A DNA stretch of 64,000 nucleotides. Source: Alphaproteobacteria bacterium. Its GTDB lineage: Bacteria > Pseudomonadota > Alphaproteobacteria > UBA828. Position numbers and translations under genes: made by a program. A model generated the notes under the pieces. The model had not been told where the DNA came from and made no database searches. It saw only the letters and a program-made list of their open reading frames with translations. Position 1 is the first letter of the stretch. Every line of letters starts with the position of its first letter. This document shows, one piece after another, positions 50,335 to 60,238 of the stretch. Where the stretch lies: positions 1 to 64,000 of the forward strand of contig CAXXVO010000006.1 in NCBI GenBank assembly GCA_963422645.2. Direction: 5' to 3'.

Positions 50335-51180
50335 CTAGCTGACCCGTCCCCGAATCTCCTCGCGCATCATCGCGTAGAGCCGCCGCTCCATGTCCACGTA
50401 GCCCGGATGCACGAGCATCTCCTCCTTCTTGCGGAAGCGGCAGCCTTCCTTGAACGCCATCGGGAGGTCGGCTTTGATCCGCCCCGGCTGGCGTGTGTAG
50501 AAGATGATCCTGTCGGCGAGGTAGATCGCCTCCTGGATGTCGTGGGTGACAACCACCACCGTCTTGTTCTCGCGCTCGATGATCTCGATGATCATCTCCT
50601 CCATTTCCCAGGTGACCTGGGCGTCGAGCGCGCCGAAGGGCTCGTCCAGCAGCAGCAGCGCCGGATTCTGCGCCAGCGTGCGCGCGATGGAGACGCGCTG
50701 CTTCATGCCGCCGGAAAGCTCGGCCGGATAGGAGTTGGCGAACCCCTCCAGATGAACCAGCTCGAGGAAGTGCTCGGCGCGCGCGCGCCGCTCCGCCTTC
50801 GAGAGACCCTGGAGCTTCAGCCCGTACTCGATGTTGGCCCGCGTCGAGAGCCAGGGGAAGGAGGTATAGGCCTGGAACACCATGCCGCGCTCAGGCCCCG
50901 GCCCCAGGATTGGCCGACCGAACATCGTCACGTCCCCGCGCGAGGGGTATTCGAGCCCCGCCATCAGCCGCAGCATGGTCGTCTTGCCGCAGCCCGACGG
51001 GCCGATCATCGCCGTGACCTGATTGGCGTGGACGTCGAAGGAGACATCGTCGAGGGCGATCACGCTCTCCTTCAGGTAGCTCTTGGTGACCCGGTTGGCG
51101 CGGAAGGGCGGCGCACCCTCTATTGGGGCGTTCGCACCCGTCTGTGCCTCCGCCCTTCGCCCAAGCCCGAACACCGCCAT
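50335..51180 (-). CDS. ABC transporter ATPase
   Basis: GPSGCGKT, LSGGMKQR, LLLLDEPFGALD. Confidence 0.95.
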   Translation of the reverse strand: MAVFGLGRRAEAQTGANAPIEGAPPFRANRVTKSYLKESVIALDDVSFDVHANQVTAMIGPSGCGKTTMLRLMAGLEYPSRGDVTMFGRPILGPGPERGMVFQAYTSFPWLSTRANIEYGLKLQGLSKAERRARAEHFLELVHLEGFANSYPAELSGGMKQRVSIARTLAQNPALLLLDEPFGALDAQVTWEMEEMIIEIIERENKTVVVVTHDIQEAIYLADRIIFYTRQPGRIKADLPMAFKEGCRFRKKEEMLVHPGYVDMERRLYAMMREEIRGRVS

Positions 51181-51191
51181 CCCGCCGCCTC

Positions 51192-52066
51192 CTAGCGCCT
51201 GACCCGCAGGTACGGGAAGAAAATCCGGCTGGCGATGCGGAACGTGATGTCGGTCAGCACACCAAGTACGCCGATGGTGAGAATGCCGCCCATCATGATG
51301 TCGACATGGAGGAAGCGCGCGGCCCGCATCATCACCGCGCCGATACCGTCGGTCGCCACGATGATCTCCGCGATCACAAGATAGGTCCAGGCGACCGCGA
51401 TCATGTTGCGCATGGAATCGAGGATGGCGGGTGCTGCAGCGCGGAAGGTGATGCCCACCACCTGCCGCCGCTTGGCCCCCATGGTGAGGCCGGACTCGAC
51501 CAACTCGCGCTGGACCGCGAGCGTGTTGTCGAGGATCAGCGCCACGAGAAAGAAGAAGCAGCCGAGGAAGAGCAGCGCCATCTTGGCGAAGTCGGTCGGC
51601 CCGAACCACACCAGCAGGAGCGGCGCGAAGGAAGCCGCCGGCAGATAGCGCCAGCCCCCGGTGGTGGGGCTGATGAGCGCGCGCGCCTTGACGAAGCAAC
51701 CCATGAAGACGCCGAGCGGCACGGCGATCAGGCTGGCGACGAAGAAGCTCGCATAGATGCGATAGAGGCTGGTGCCGACGTCGGCGATGAAGTTCTTCTC
51801 GGCGAAGAGAAAAGCCATTTCGACCACCACCTGCTCGACGCTGGGCAGGAAGCGCTGCTTCTCGTCCGGCGTGACGTAGTGGGCGACCTCCCAGACGGAA
51901 AAAAAATGATGACGCCGATGACCCCCAGCACCACGGCGCGTCGCTGCGTGAGCGAGCCGAGCACTTCCAGGAAGGGTTGGCGCGGCGGCTTGAAGACGGG
52001 CGCGGCTTCGCCCGGATGCGTCATCGCATCGGACGGCGGCGTGCCCCCGGCGTGCCCTTGGGCCAT
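51192..52066 (-). pseudogene. ABC permease with a frameshift in an A8 tract (51899-51906)
   Basis: The first TM helix VVLGVIGVIIFF is in one frame and SVWEVAHY...ESGLTMGA...AWTYLVIAE in another. Confidence 0.8.
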
Positions 52067-52115
52067 TCATGTCATCCCGGAGGCCGGCGGTCATGAGCGG
52101 AGCGCCCTGCCCGCA

Positions 52116-53351
52116 TCATTCGTCCACCACGGCGATCGCCTCGACCTCGATCAACAGGTCCTCGAAGGCGTAGCCGTCGACGCGGACCGCCGTCGCCGCC
52201 GGCCCGAGCGGCGGGAAGTAGCGGCGCCGCACCTCGGTCATCTTCTCCCAGTACTCCGTGGGCGAGGCGCCGCCGTCGTCGTACTGGTAATAGGTGTTGA
52301 GCTTGACCATGTCGCTCATCTCGGCGCCGGCCTCCTTGAGCACCGCGATCAGGCTCTCAAACACGTTCTCGGTCTGCTTGGCGATATCGCCGGGGCCGAT
52401 GGTCCGCCCCTTCTGGTCGGCGGAGATTTGCCCGCCGGCGAAGACGACATTGCCGACCCGCCAGCCCTGGGAGAAGGGCACCGGCATGCTCCAGTCCCAG
52501 TGGCCCTGCGGCATGATGCGCCGACGCTCCTGGCCGAGATGCGCGATGCCTTCAAGCTGGATCAGCTCCCCCGGATTGGAGAAATCCTTGACCCTGAGCC
52601 CGGTTCCGGCGGGCCCCGGGTTCGGCAGGTGCTCCATGCGCACCCGGGTCAGCGATTCCCAAAAATCCGTGACGTCGTCGCCCCTGCTCTCCTGCCGGTA
52701 GTAGGTGTTGAGGCGCAGGAGATCGTCCATAGAGGCGCCGGCCTCGGCGAGGACGGCCGCCATGCCGTTGAAGCAGTTGCGGGTCTGCGCCGCGATGTCG
52801 CCGGCATCCCGGAGCGAGCCGTCCCCGTTGAGCGAGCGCTGGCCGCCGACGAAGACCCAGTCGCCCGCCTGCCAGCCCTGCACGCAGGCGATGCCGTTGC
52901 CGCGCGACCAGTGGCCCTCGGGCATGAGCGGGCGCTTGTCCGCACCCGCCACGGCGAACGCGTCGATCTCCAGAAAGAGCCCCTCGTAGGCGAGGCCGGA
53001 GACCGGCGTCTCGGTCGTGACCGGTCCAGGCGCCCTAAAGTACTCGGCCTGCACCGCGTCGATCCGCCGCACGATCTCGGCCGCCGGCGGGCTCTCCTCG
53101 TCGACCACGTAGTAGACGTTCTGCTTCACGACGTCACCGAAGTCGGCGCCCGCCTCGCGCAACACGCGGCCGATGAATTCCATGATGTTGCGGGCCTGGG
53201 TCTCGATGTCGCCGCCGACCGTGCGACCCTTCTCGTCCGCCGAAATCTGGCCGCCGACAACGACGAGGTCTCCAAGCCTCCAGCCCTGGGAGAGCGTGAC
53301 CGGCATGCTCCAGTCCCAATGCCCGGCGGGCATGATACGGCTCTTGCTCAT
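52116..53351 (-). CDS. Protein of three tandem Rid (YjgF/RidA-fold) domains
   Basis: Three repeats of MPxGHW...QGW..G..V..GGQ, each about 135 aa. Confidence 0.9.
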   Translation of the reverse strand: MSKSRIMPAGHWDWSMPVTLSQGWRLGDLVVVGGQISADEKGRTVGGDIETQARNIMEFIGRVLREAGADFGDVVKQNVYYVVDEESPPAAEIVRRIDAVQAEYFRAPGPVTTETPVSGLAYEGLFLEIDAFAVAGADKRPLMPEGHWSRGNGIACVQGWQAGDWVFVGGQRSLNGDGSLRDAGDIAAQTRNCFNGMAAVLAEAGASMDDLLRLNTYYRQESRGDDVTDFWESLTRVRMEHLPNPGPAGTGLRVKDFSNPGELIQLEGIAHLGQERRRIMPQGHWDWSMPVPFSQGWRVGNVVFAGGQISADQKGRTIGPGDIAKQTENVFESLIAVLKEAGAEMSDMVKLNTYYQYDDGGASPTEYWEKMTEVRRRYFPPLGPAATAVRVDGYAFEDLLIEVEAIAVVDE

Positions 53352-53389
53352 GGCGGCTCGTCTCCCCTTTTCTTCTTATGCGTTGGCCG

Positions 53390-54043
53390 CTAACGGCTCT
53401 TGCGCCCGGCTGCCTTGCCGCGGCTGTTGCCGGCGCCGAGCGGCTGGTCCCACTTGAACAGGCTCTTGTAGAGGCCTAACCCCATCATCGGCTCCACCTG
53501 GGCGATGTCGTCCGAGCCGTAGCAATGGGCGTCGAGAAAATCGCGCAGCTCGTCGGGCGAGCCGCACACCACCTCCGCCAGCAGGTCGAAGCGCGCGGCG
53601 ACGCGCATGACGTAGACGACCTCCGGTCGATCGCGGAAGTGGGACGCCACCTCATGAGCGCTGGCACCGCGGGCGACCTTGATGCCGAGCATCGACCAGG
53701 CCGTGTAGCCCAGCGCCAGCGGGTTCACCACGGTGATGAAGTGAATCAGGTTGGCCTTGTGCATCTGGCCCACACGGGAGCGCACGGTTCCCTCGGAGAC
53801 ACCGAGCTCGCGAGCGATCGAGGAGAAGGGCATGCGGCCGTCCTCCTGCAGCAGGGCGACGATCTCCCGGTTTAGCCCCTCGATATGGGGGATCGACGAA
53901 TAGGCAACCGCATCGCCCTGCAGGTCCGCCATCCCGATCTGGCGCAGGCCCATGACCGGCGCGGGCTCGGCTTCGGCCAGCGCGCGGAGCCGAGGCTCCC
54001 GGCTGCTCCCTTTCCCCTGCGAAGGTGGTTTCGAGGCGCTCAT
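53390..54043 (-). CDS. Lrp/AsnC family transcriptional regulator
   Basis: LQEDGRMPFSSIARELGVSEGTVRSRV HTH followed by a RAM domain. Confidence 0.92.
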   Translation of the reverse strand: MSASKPPSQGKGSSREPRLRALAEAEPAPVMGLRQIGMADLQGDAVAYSSIPHIEGLNREIVALLQEDGRMPFSSIARELGVSEGTVRSRVGQMHKANLIHFITVVNPLALGYTAWSMLGIKVARGASAHEVASHFRDRPEVVYVMRVAARFDLLAEVVCGSPDELRDFLDAHCYGSDDIAQVEPMMGLGLYKSLFKWDQPLGAGNSRGKAAGRKSR

Positions 54044-54150
54044 GCCGCCCTCCAGTGCGGTCAACGGAATCCCGCTCCGCGAACGCCCAAGTCTGCCGAA
54101 ATCCTCGTGAGACTCTAGTTGTCCTCTAGTAATCCGTCAACGCAAGCCTT

Positions 54151-54181
54151 CGAATCCACGAATTTCGTAAACTTGGATTCG
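54151..54181. promoter_or_regulatory. Candidate operator in the divergent promoter region
   Basis: CGAATCCA-N15-TGGATTCG inverted repeat overlapping the palindrome ACGAATTTCGT. Confidence 0.4.
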
Positions 54182-54860
54182 CTCTATGCCGCGTGTAAGG
54201 TCGCGGCAATGGTTGCTGCGAGGAGGGAGGCGTCTGGTTCGCGACCATGGACGAGATTGCGCGCCACGTTCGCACGTGCATCGACGACGGCTCGTGGAAG
54301 CCCCGGGTCAAGCAGATGCCCTACTACGACGGCCGCATCCCTGAGTGGGAGCCGCAGGAGGCCGCTGCAGCCGCGGAGTAACGCTGACACGCAAATTGCG
54401 TTATCGGGAGGCCGGAATTACGAGGTGCACCCATGACCGACACGCCTGAGAGCACTGAATCGGAGCCGGCGACCGCGGCGAAACCTCCTCCGAATCGAGG
54501 CTTCCCGAGCCCCTTCGAGCTGCCCACGCCCGATGGCGCCGAAGGCTGGGAGGAGCTTTATCCCTACTATTGCCTGATCAGCGACGAACGTCGCGAGATG
54601 GAGGAGGGAAAGTTCTGGTTCTTCGACGGGATGCACAACCCGGAACCGCTCTATCCCTTCGACACCATCATGACCGAGAACTGGTGGGTGGCTGCCAGTC
54701 AGATGGCGAGCCGGGTCTGGCCCATTCCGGTCGCCATGGGCATCGATCAGCGCTTGGTCAACGGTTACATCTACGTCAGCCCCAACAGCGTCACCGACCC
54801 TGACCAGATCGCCGCACGGCACGAGCACTTCGCCCGCCGCGCCGGCCACTATTTCGAGAA

Positions 54861-55911
54861 ACCGCTTATGCACATGGCTCCGGTCGCGAGAGTTTGCCAC
54901 CAGATGTTGAGGTTGAGGTTAGGGCGGGAGAACGGGTAGAATGTTGCCTATACGTTCCTGCCGACGGAGCCACCACATGAAACAGGTCGCCGACAGCCTC
55001 CTCGCCTTCCAGCACATGTTCCCGGACGATGACGCCTGCGCCGCCTGGCTGATCGAAATGCGCTGGCCGGACGGCTTCGTCTGTCCCGCGTGCGGCCATG
55101 AAAAGGGATGGGCGCTGCGCAGAAAAGCACACACCTTCGAGTGCGCCGGCTGCCGCCGGCAGACCTCGGTGACGGCCGGGACGATCCTGCACGCCAGCAA
55201 GCTGCCGCTCACCGTCTGGTTCTGGGCCGCCTACCTGATGGCGACCCACTCCAACGGCATCTCTGCCCTGCAGCTCCAGAAACAGCTCGGTATCGGCTCT
55301 TACCGCAGCGCTTGGCTGCTCGCCCACAAGCTGCGCGCCAGCATGGTCGACCCCGAGCGCAACCCGTTGTCGGGCCTGGTGGAAATCGACGAGGCCAGCC
55401 TTCCATTCCGGACCAAAGACGATCCTCCCACCGGAGGGCAAGGACGCAGCCACGACGGCAAGATGCTCATCGTCGGCGCCATCGAACTGGGGGATGGAAC
55501 CATCCCGGGCCGCCTGCGGCTGGCCGAAATCTCCTCCTACGGCGCCGCCGACCTCGGACACTTCGTCGAAACCGCCGCCGATCCCGACGCCATCGCGAAA
55601 ACCGACGGCTGGTCCGGCTACGCTGCGGTCCCCGCCGATCGCCACAATGTCCATGTCGTCGGGAAGACCGCCGCTCACCTCGTCCTGCCGTGGATCCACC
55701 AAGTCTTCTCCAACCTCAAAGGATGGGCGCGAGGCGTCTACCACGGGCTGCGCCGCAAGCATCTGCAGGCCTATCTCGATGAGTTCGCCTTTCGCTTCAA
55801 CCGCCGCAAAACCCGCCACGCTGCTTTCCGCTCGCTCTTCCGCATCGCCACCAATGCAAAACCCCTTACCTACAGCATGTTGATCGAACCGGAGCCATGT
55901 GCATAAGCGGT
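54861..55911 (+). mobile_element. IS1595-family IS
   Basis: Perfect 24-bp TIR ACCGCTTATGCACATGGCTCCGGT; 8-bp TSD TTCGAGAA (54853-54860 and 55912-55919). Confidence 0.95.
54977..55906 (+). CDS. IS1595-family transposase
   Basis: Zn ribbon CPACG...CAGC, VEIDE, KTDGW, YLDEFAFRFNRR. Confidence 0.95.
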   Translation: MKQVADSLLAFQHMFPDDDACAAWLIEMRWPDGFVCPACGHEKGWALRRKAHTFECAGCRRQTSVTAGTILHASKLPLTVWFWAAYLMATHSNGISALQLQKQLGIGSYRSAWLLAHKLRASMVDPERNPLSGLVEIDEASLPFRTKDDPPTGGQGRSHDGKMLIVGAIELGDGTIPGRLRLAEISSYGAADLGHFVETAADPDAIAKTDGWSGYAAVPADRHNVHVVGKTAAHLVLPWIHQVFSNLKGWARGVYHGLRRKHLQAYLDEFAFRFNRRKTRHAAFRSLFRIATNAKPLTYSMLIEPEPCA

Positions 55912-56057
55912 TTCGAGAATTGGGACGAGATCTACGCCAACTGGACAAAACAGTCATGGTCCCCGCGGTTCTGAGCCACCCCGTGGCATGAAACAGGAGC
56001 GGTTCGGCTGACGTTTTCCTTGCGCTTGCACCCATTTGCCGTGTCAGGATGGGTATT

Positions 56058-56240
56058 GGCGGAGGTGGGGACGTGTGAGCGTCGTTATATCGGTGACGTA
56101 GTTCCCGATGACAAAACTGCTTCCGGCGGCCGGCTCCGCACCCCGTATTGTACCCGGCCCGTGGCCGTGGACGCGCGGCAAATTGCACCGCACCCGCTCG
56201 TCGGATGCGTGTTCTTCCGACCGCTGTCCCCGCCTCCACC
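56058..56240 (+). ncRNA. Candidate IS110 bridge-type structured RNA in the left non-coding end
   Basis: 15-nt closing stem (56058-56072 with 56226-56240) enclosing internal hairpins, upstream of the recombinase gene. Confidence 0.5.
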
Positions 56241-56302
56241 GTGGCGATGCCACGGCGTGATCGTACGCCGCCGTGGCGAGAGCGCAAATGAGGAGGAAGG
56301 CG

Positions 56303-57553
56303 ATGAAGACGGAAGGCTTGCACGTCGTCCGGCCGCGCGCGGCGGGTCTGGACGTGCACAAGATGGAGATCACCGCGACGGTTCGCCTCTGTGAGGGCGA
56401 GGGTGAGCCGGTGGTGGAGACGCGCTGCTTCGGCACGCTGCCGAGCGGTCTGGAGGAGATGGTCGCGTGGCTGACCGGTCACGGCGTCGAGGCTGCGGTG
56501 ATGGAAGGGACCGGGGTCTACTGGCAGGCGCCCTTCGCGGCCCTGGAGGCGGCCGGGCTCGAGGCGATCCTGGTGCATGCGCGTCAGGTGAAGCAGTTGA
56601 AGGGGCGCAAGACCGACGTGGCGGACAGCGTGTGGCTGGCCTGCGTGTGCCAGTTCGGGCTCTGCACGCCTTCCCACGTTCCGCCTGAGCCGTTCCGGGA
56701 GCTGCGCGCACTGAGCCGCCAGCGCCGCGTCCTGGTCAGGCAGCGCTCCGCCGTGCGCAACCGCGTGCAGAAGATCATCGACCGCGCCGGTGCGCGCATC
56801 GGCGGCATCCTCTCCGACGTCTTCGGCGTCAACGGCCGGAAGATCCTCGACGGCCTGGCGCAGGGGACGGCGCGCGAGGTCATCCTCGCCTCGCTCACCA
56901 GCCACGTTGCGAACAAGCTGGAGGGGCTCGGCGAGGCGCTCACCCTGAGCCTGGGCGACAACGACCGCTTCATGCTCAACGACCTGCTGGAGGAGCATGA
57001 CGCGCTTGAGGCGCGCATCGCGTCCTACACCAGGAAGATCGACGGGCAGATGACACCGTGGGAGGAGCAGCTCCGTCTGCTGACCACCATCCCCGGCATC
57101 GACCGCACCGCCGCCTCGACCATCCTCATCGAGATCGGCCCCGACATCGGCGTGTTCGCCTCCAAGGAGCACTTCGCCGCCTGGGCCGGGCTCTGCCCCG
57201 GCAACAACGAGAGCGGGGGCAAGCGCCGCAACGCACGCACCCGCATGGGCTCCAAGACCCTGCGCGCCTGCCTCGTCGAGTGTGCCCACGGCGCGGCCCG
57301 AACCAAGGGGTGCCAGTTCGAGGCTCATCACCGCGCCCTCGCCGCCCGGCGCGGCTACAAGCGCGCCATCGTCGCCGGCGCTCACAAGATGCTGCGCATC
57401 ATCTATGTGGTGCTCAAGACCGGCAGGCCCTACTACGACCGCACGGCCGACTACGACGCTCTGATGGTCAAGCGCAACGCTCCTCGGTGGATCCGCATGC
57501 TCCGCCGCTACGGCTACATCGAGCCCGTAGGCGCGGAACTCAAGGCCGCCTGA
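56303..57553 (+). CDS. IS110-family recombinase (DEDD + Ser)
   Basis: GLDVHK, MEGTG, KTDVADS, TIPGI, NESGGK; AGGAGG RBS. Confidence 0.95.
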   Translation: MKTEGLHVVRPRAAGLDVHKMEITATVRLCEGEGEPVVETRCFGTLPSGLEEMVAWLTGHGVEAAVMEGTGVYWQAPFAALEAAGLEAILVHARQVKQLKGRKTDVADSVWLACVCQFGLCTPSHVPPEPFRELRALSRQRRVLVRQRSAVRNRVQKIIDRAGARIGGILSDVFGVNGRKILDGLAQGTAREVILASLTSHVANKLEGLGEALTLSLGDNDRFMLNDLLEEHDALEARIASYTRKIDGQMTPWEEQLRLLTTIPGIDRTAASTILIEIGPDIGVFASKEHFAAWAGLCPGNNESGGKRRNARTRMGSKTLRACLVECAHGAARTKGCQFEAHHRALAARRGYKRAIVAGAHKMLRIIYVVLKTGRPYYDRTADYDALMVKRNAPRWIRMLRRYGYIEPVGAELKAA

Positions 57554-59140
57554 GCGGCCCGCATCTCGTCAGCCGGCTACGCGGGACCGCTTCGGACCAC
57601 ATCGGGGAAGTCCACCGCTCGTCTCCGCCGCGCCGACCCTGGCGGTCTCAGCCAACGCCGTGACCTCGGGGTTGGAGCGTCACCGCGCGTCCCTCGCCAG
57701 AATCTGTTTCACGGCAAAAGCGAAAGACTGCATCGCGCGCCTGACCGAGATCGAGTTCCGTCCACTACCGGAGCTGGAGCCCGAGCAAAACGTCTTCGGC
57801 CATCGCGGCGTCTACTCCTCCCACGACCTGCTCAGCGCCTACAACCGGCTGATCGAGAACATGCTCGAGATGGGCTCCTACCATTTCGAGATGCTGAACC
57901 TCGGCTACGGCGCCTACCTGACCTTCCGCGACTTCTGCCAGCAGGCGTTCTCCGGAATAACCGACCGCACGCTGACGCAAATCGTCTGCGGCATCGACAA
58001 TCTGCTGCTGCGGCCGGACGACAAGGTCCGTGAGCTGGCCGAACTGGCGGTTGAGCGAGACCTCGCTGACGTTGTCCTGCAGCACGACGACCCGGACGCG
58101 ATGCTGACCGCCATGGCGAAAGCGGACGGCGGGGACGAATGGCTGGAGGCTCTCGAGGCCGCCAAGGAGCCGTGGTTCCACTTCTCCACGGGCATCGGCT
58201 ACGACCATTCCGATCCGGTGTGGATTGACGACCTGCGGCTGCCCTTCATCGCGCTGCGCGGCTATGTCGAAGCGTTGCAGAGGGGCGAGGACATCCGCCG
58301 CCCACTTGAGAAGCTGCTGGCGGAGCGGCAACGGGTGACGGAGGAATACCGCGCACTCCTGCCCACCGATCAGGACCGCGAGGCCTTCGACGGCCTGCTG
58401 ACGCTCACCTGCAAGGTCTTCCCCTACGTCGAGGATCACAACTTCTACGTCGAGCATTGGCATCACACGATCTTCTGGTCGAAGGTGCGGGAGCTCGCCG
58501 ACGTCTTCGTCGCGCACGACTTCTTCGACGACCGCGAAGACCTCTTCTACCTGCATCGCCACGAGGTCTACGACGCGCTCTACGATCTGCTGATTGGCTG
58601 GGCCACGGGCACGCCGCCGCGAGGCGAAGTCTACTGGCGGCCCATCGTCGAGCGGCGACGGCGCATTCGGGACTCGCTCTGCAAGTGGACGCCACCGCCG
58701 GCATTGGGAACCCCGCCGTCGGTCGTCACCGAGCCCATCACCATCATGCTGTGGGGCATCACCGAGAAGACGATCGAGGAGTGGCTGGGCGTCGACCCCG
58801 CCGCCGGCGGCGATGTCCTGCGTGGCGTGCCCGCTTCCGCCGGCAAGGCGACCGGGCCGGCCCGCGTGATCACCCGCTCGGAGGACCTCTACAGCGTCAA
58901 CGAGGGTGAGATCCTGGTCTGCCGGATCACGGCGCCGAGCTGGGCGACGGTCTTCTCCCGAATTGGCGCGGCGGTCTCCGACGTCGGCGGCATGATGGCT
59001 CATACCGCGATCATCTCGCGCGAGTACGGGCTGCCCGCCGTCGTCGGCGTGGGCTTTGCCACGGCGACGATCCAGACCGGCGACCGGGTCGAGGTCGACG
59101 GCAACGAGGGCACGGTGACGGTTCTGGAGAGAGCCGCGCC

Positions 59141-60238
59141 GTGACCGGCGATCCCCACATTCTGTGGCTGGATCAGGAGGGCGCGCCGGACAACCCGCTG
59201 CTCGGCGGCAAGTTCGCGAGTCTCGCCGAGATGACGGCGGCGGGCTTCGCCGTGCCCCCTGGGTTCGGCGTGACCACCGCCGCCTATCGCGCCTTCATGG
59301 CCCACGCGGGCCTCGATGGTAAGGCCGCGTTTGTGCGGGAGGCCGCGCGCCGCAAGGCGCTCGCGGACATCGGGAGCACGCGCGCGCGGCTCGTGGAGGT
59401 CATTGGCGCGGCCCCGATGCCGGAGGAGCTGGAGACGGCGATCCGACGCAACTACGCGATCCTTGAAGAGAGGACGGGCCGGGCCGCTGTGCCGGTGGCT
59501 GTGCGCTCCAGCGGCGAAGCGGAGGACCTGGCCGATGCGAGCTTCGCCGGCCAGTACGACACCTATCTCTGGGTCACCGGCGCCGTTGCCGTGCTGCGGC
59601 ATGTGCGGGCGTGCTGGGCCAGCATGTTCGGCGACGCGGCCCTCTCCTACCGGGCCGGCGGCGGCGACGGGGCGGCCGAGGGCAACTACGGCATCTGCGT
59701 GGGCGTTCAGCAAATGGTTGAGGCGCGTGCCGCCGGCGTCATGTTCACCCTCGACCCCTTGAACGGCGATCGCTCGAAGATCGTCATGGAGGCCTGCTGG
59801 GGCCTCGGCGAGGGCGTGGTCAAGGGCGACGTGACGCCGAGCCGCTTCACCGTCGACAAGGTGACGCTGGAAATCGTCCAGCGAGAGATCGTGCCGCAAG
59901 CGGAGGAATACCGCTTCGATACCGCCTCGGGCGCGGTGAGATTGATGCCGCTCGCGCCTGAGCGAGCGCGCGCAGCCTGCATCGAGGACGCGGAGGCGCT
60001 CGCGCTGGCCCGGCTCGCCAAGCGGATCGAGGGGCATCGCGGCGCGGCGCAGGACATCGAATGGGCGATCGGCCCGGACGGCGAGGTGCGAGTCCTCCAG
60101 GTCCGGCCCGAGACGGTGTGGAGCCAGCGAGAAAGCGCCGGCCTCGTCTCTGAAAGCAGGAGCGCGGTCGGGCACGTGCTCGCCAGGCTCTCGGGCGGCC
60201 GGGTGGCGACGGCGAACCCCGGACAGAGAGACCGGTGA
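59141..60238 (+). CDS. PEP/pyruvate-binding dikinase N-terminal protein (PpsB/CreI-like ATP-grasp)
   Basis: GGKFASL, VPPGF, VAVRSS..EDL..ASFAGQYDTYL, WGLGEGVV, QDIEWA, LQVRPET. Confidence 0.92.
   Translation: MTGDPHILWLDQEGAPDNPLLGGKFASLAEMTAAGFAVPPGFGVTTAAYRAFMAHAGLDGKAAFVREAARRKALADIGSTRARLVEVIGAAPMPEELETAIRRNYAILEERTGRAAVPVAVRSSGEAEDLADASFAGQYDTYLWVTGAVAVLRHVRACWASMFGDAALSYRAGGGDGAAEGNYGICVGVQQMVEARAAGVMFTLDPLNGDRSKIVMEACWGLGEGVVKGDVTPSRFTVDKVTLEIVQREIVPQAEEYRFDTASGAVRLMPLAPERARAACIEDAEALALARLAKRIEGHRGAAQDIEWAIGPDGEVRVLQVRPETVWSQRESAGLVSESRSAVGHVLARLSGGRVATANPGQRDR

Larger units (their letters stand above)
55947..57712 (+). mobile_element. IS110-family element inserted at an AC core
   Basis: Removing it and keeping one AC restores the host frame (..AAC TGG AC|G GCA AAA..). 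Short AAACAG/CTGTTT subterminal repeat; no TSD. Confidence 0.88.
54433..59144 (+). pseudogene. Phenylphosphate synthase alpha/CreH-like PEP-utilising protein (628 aa reconstituted), split by two IS
   Basis: 54433-54860 + 55920-55946 + 57713-59144 is in frame. GAEGWEELYPY, FWFFDGMHNPEPLYPFD, HNFYVEHW and phospho-His motif GGMMAHTAIISREYGLPAVVG. Confidence 0.92.

Noticed and set aside
54385-54400. Sigma-54 promoter TGACAC-N5-TTGCG
   Set aside because: The conserved GG at -24 is GA here, and no enhancer-binding protein is encoded in the cluster.
57660-59144. Stand-alone 494-aa gene or rifampicin phosphotransferase
   Set aside because: It is the 3' part of the IS-split PpsA-like gene; its apparent N-terminus is IS110 right-end sequence.
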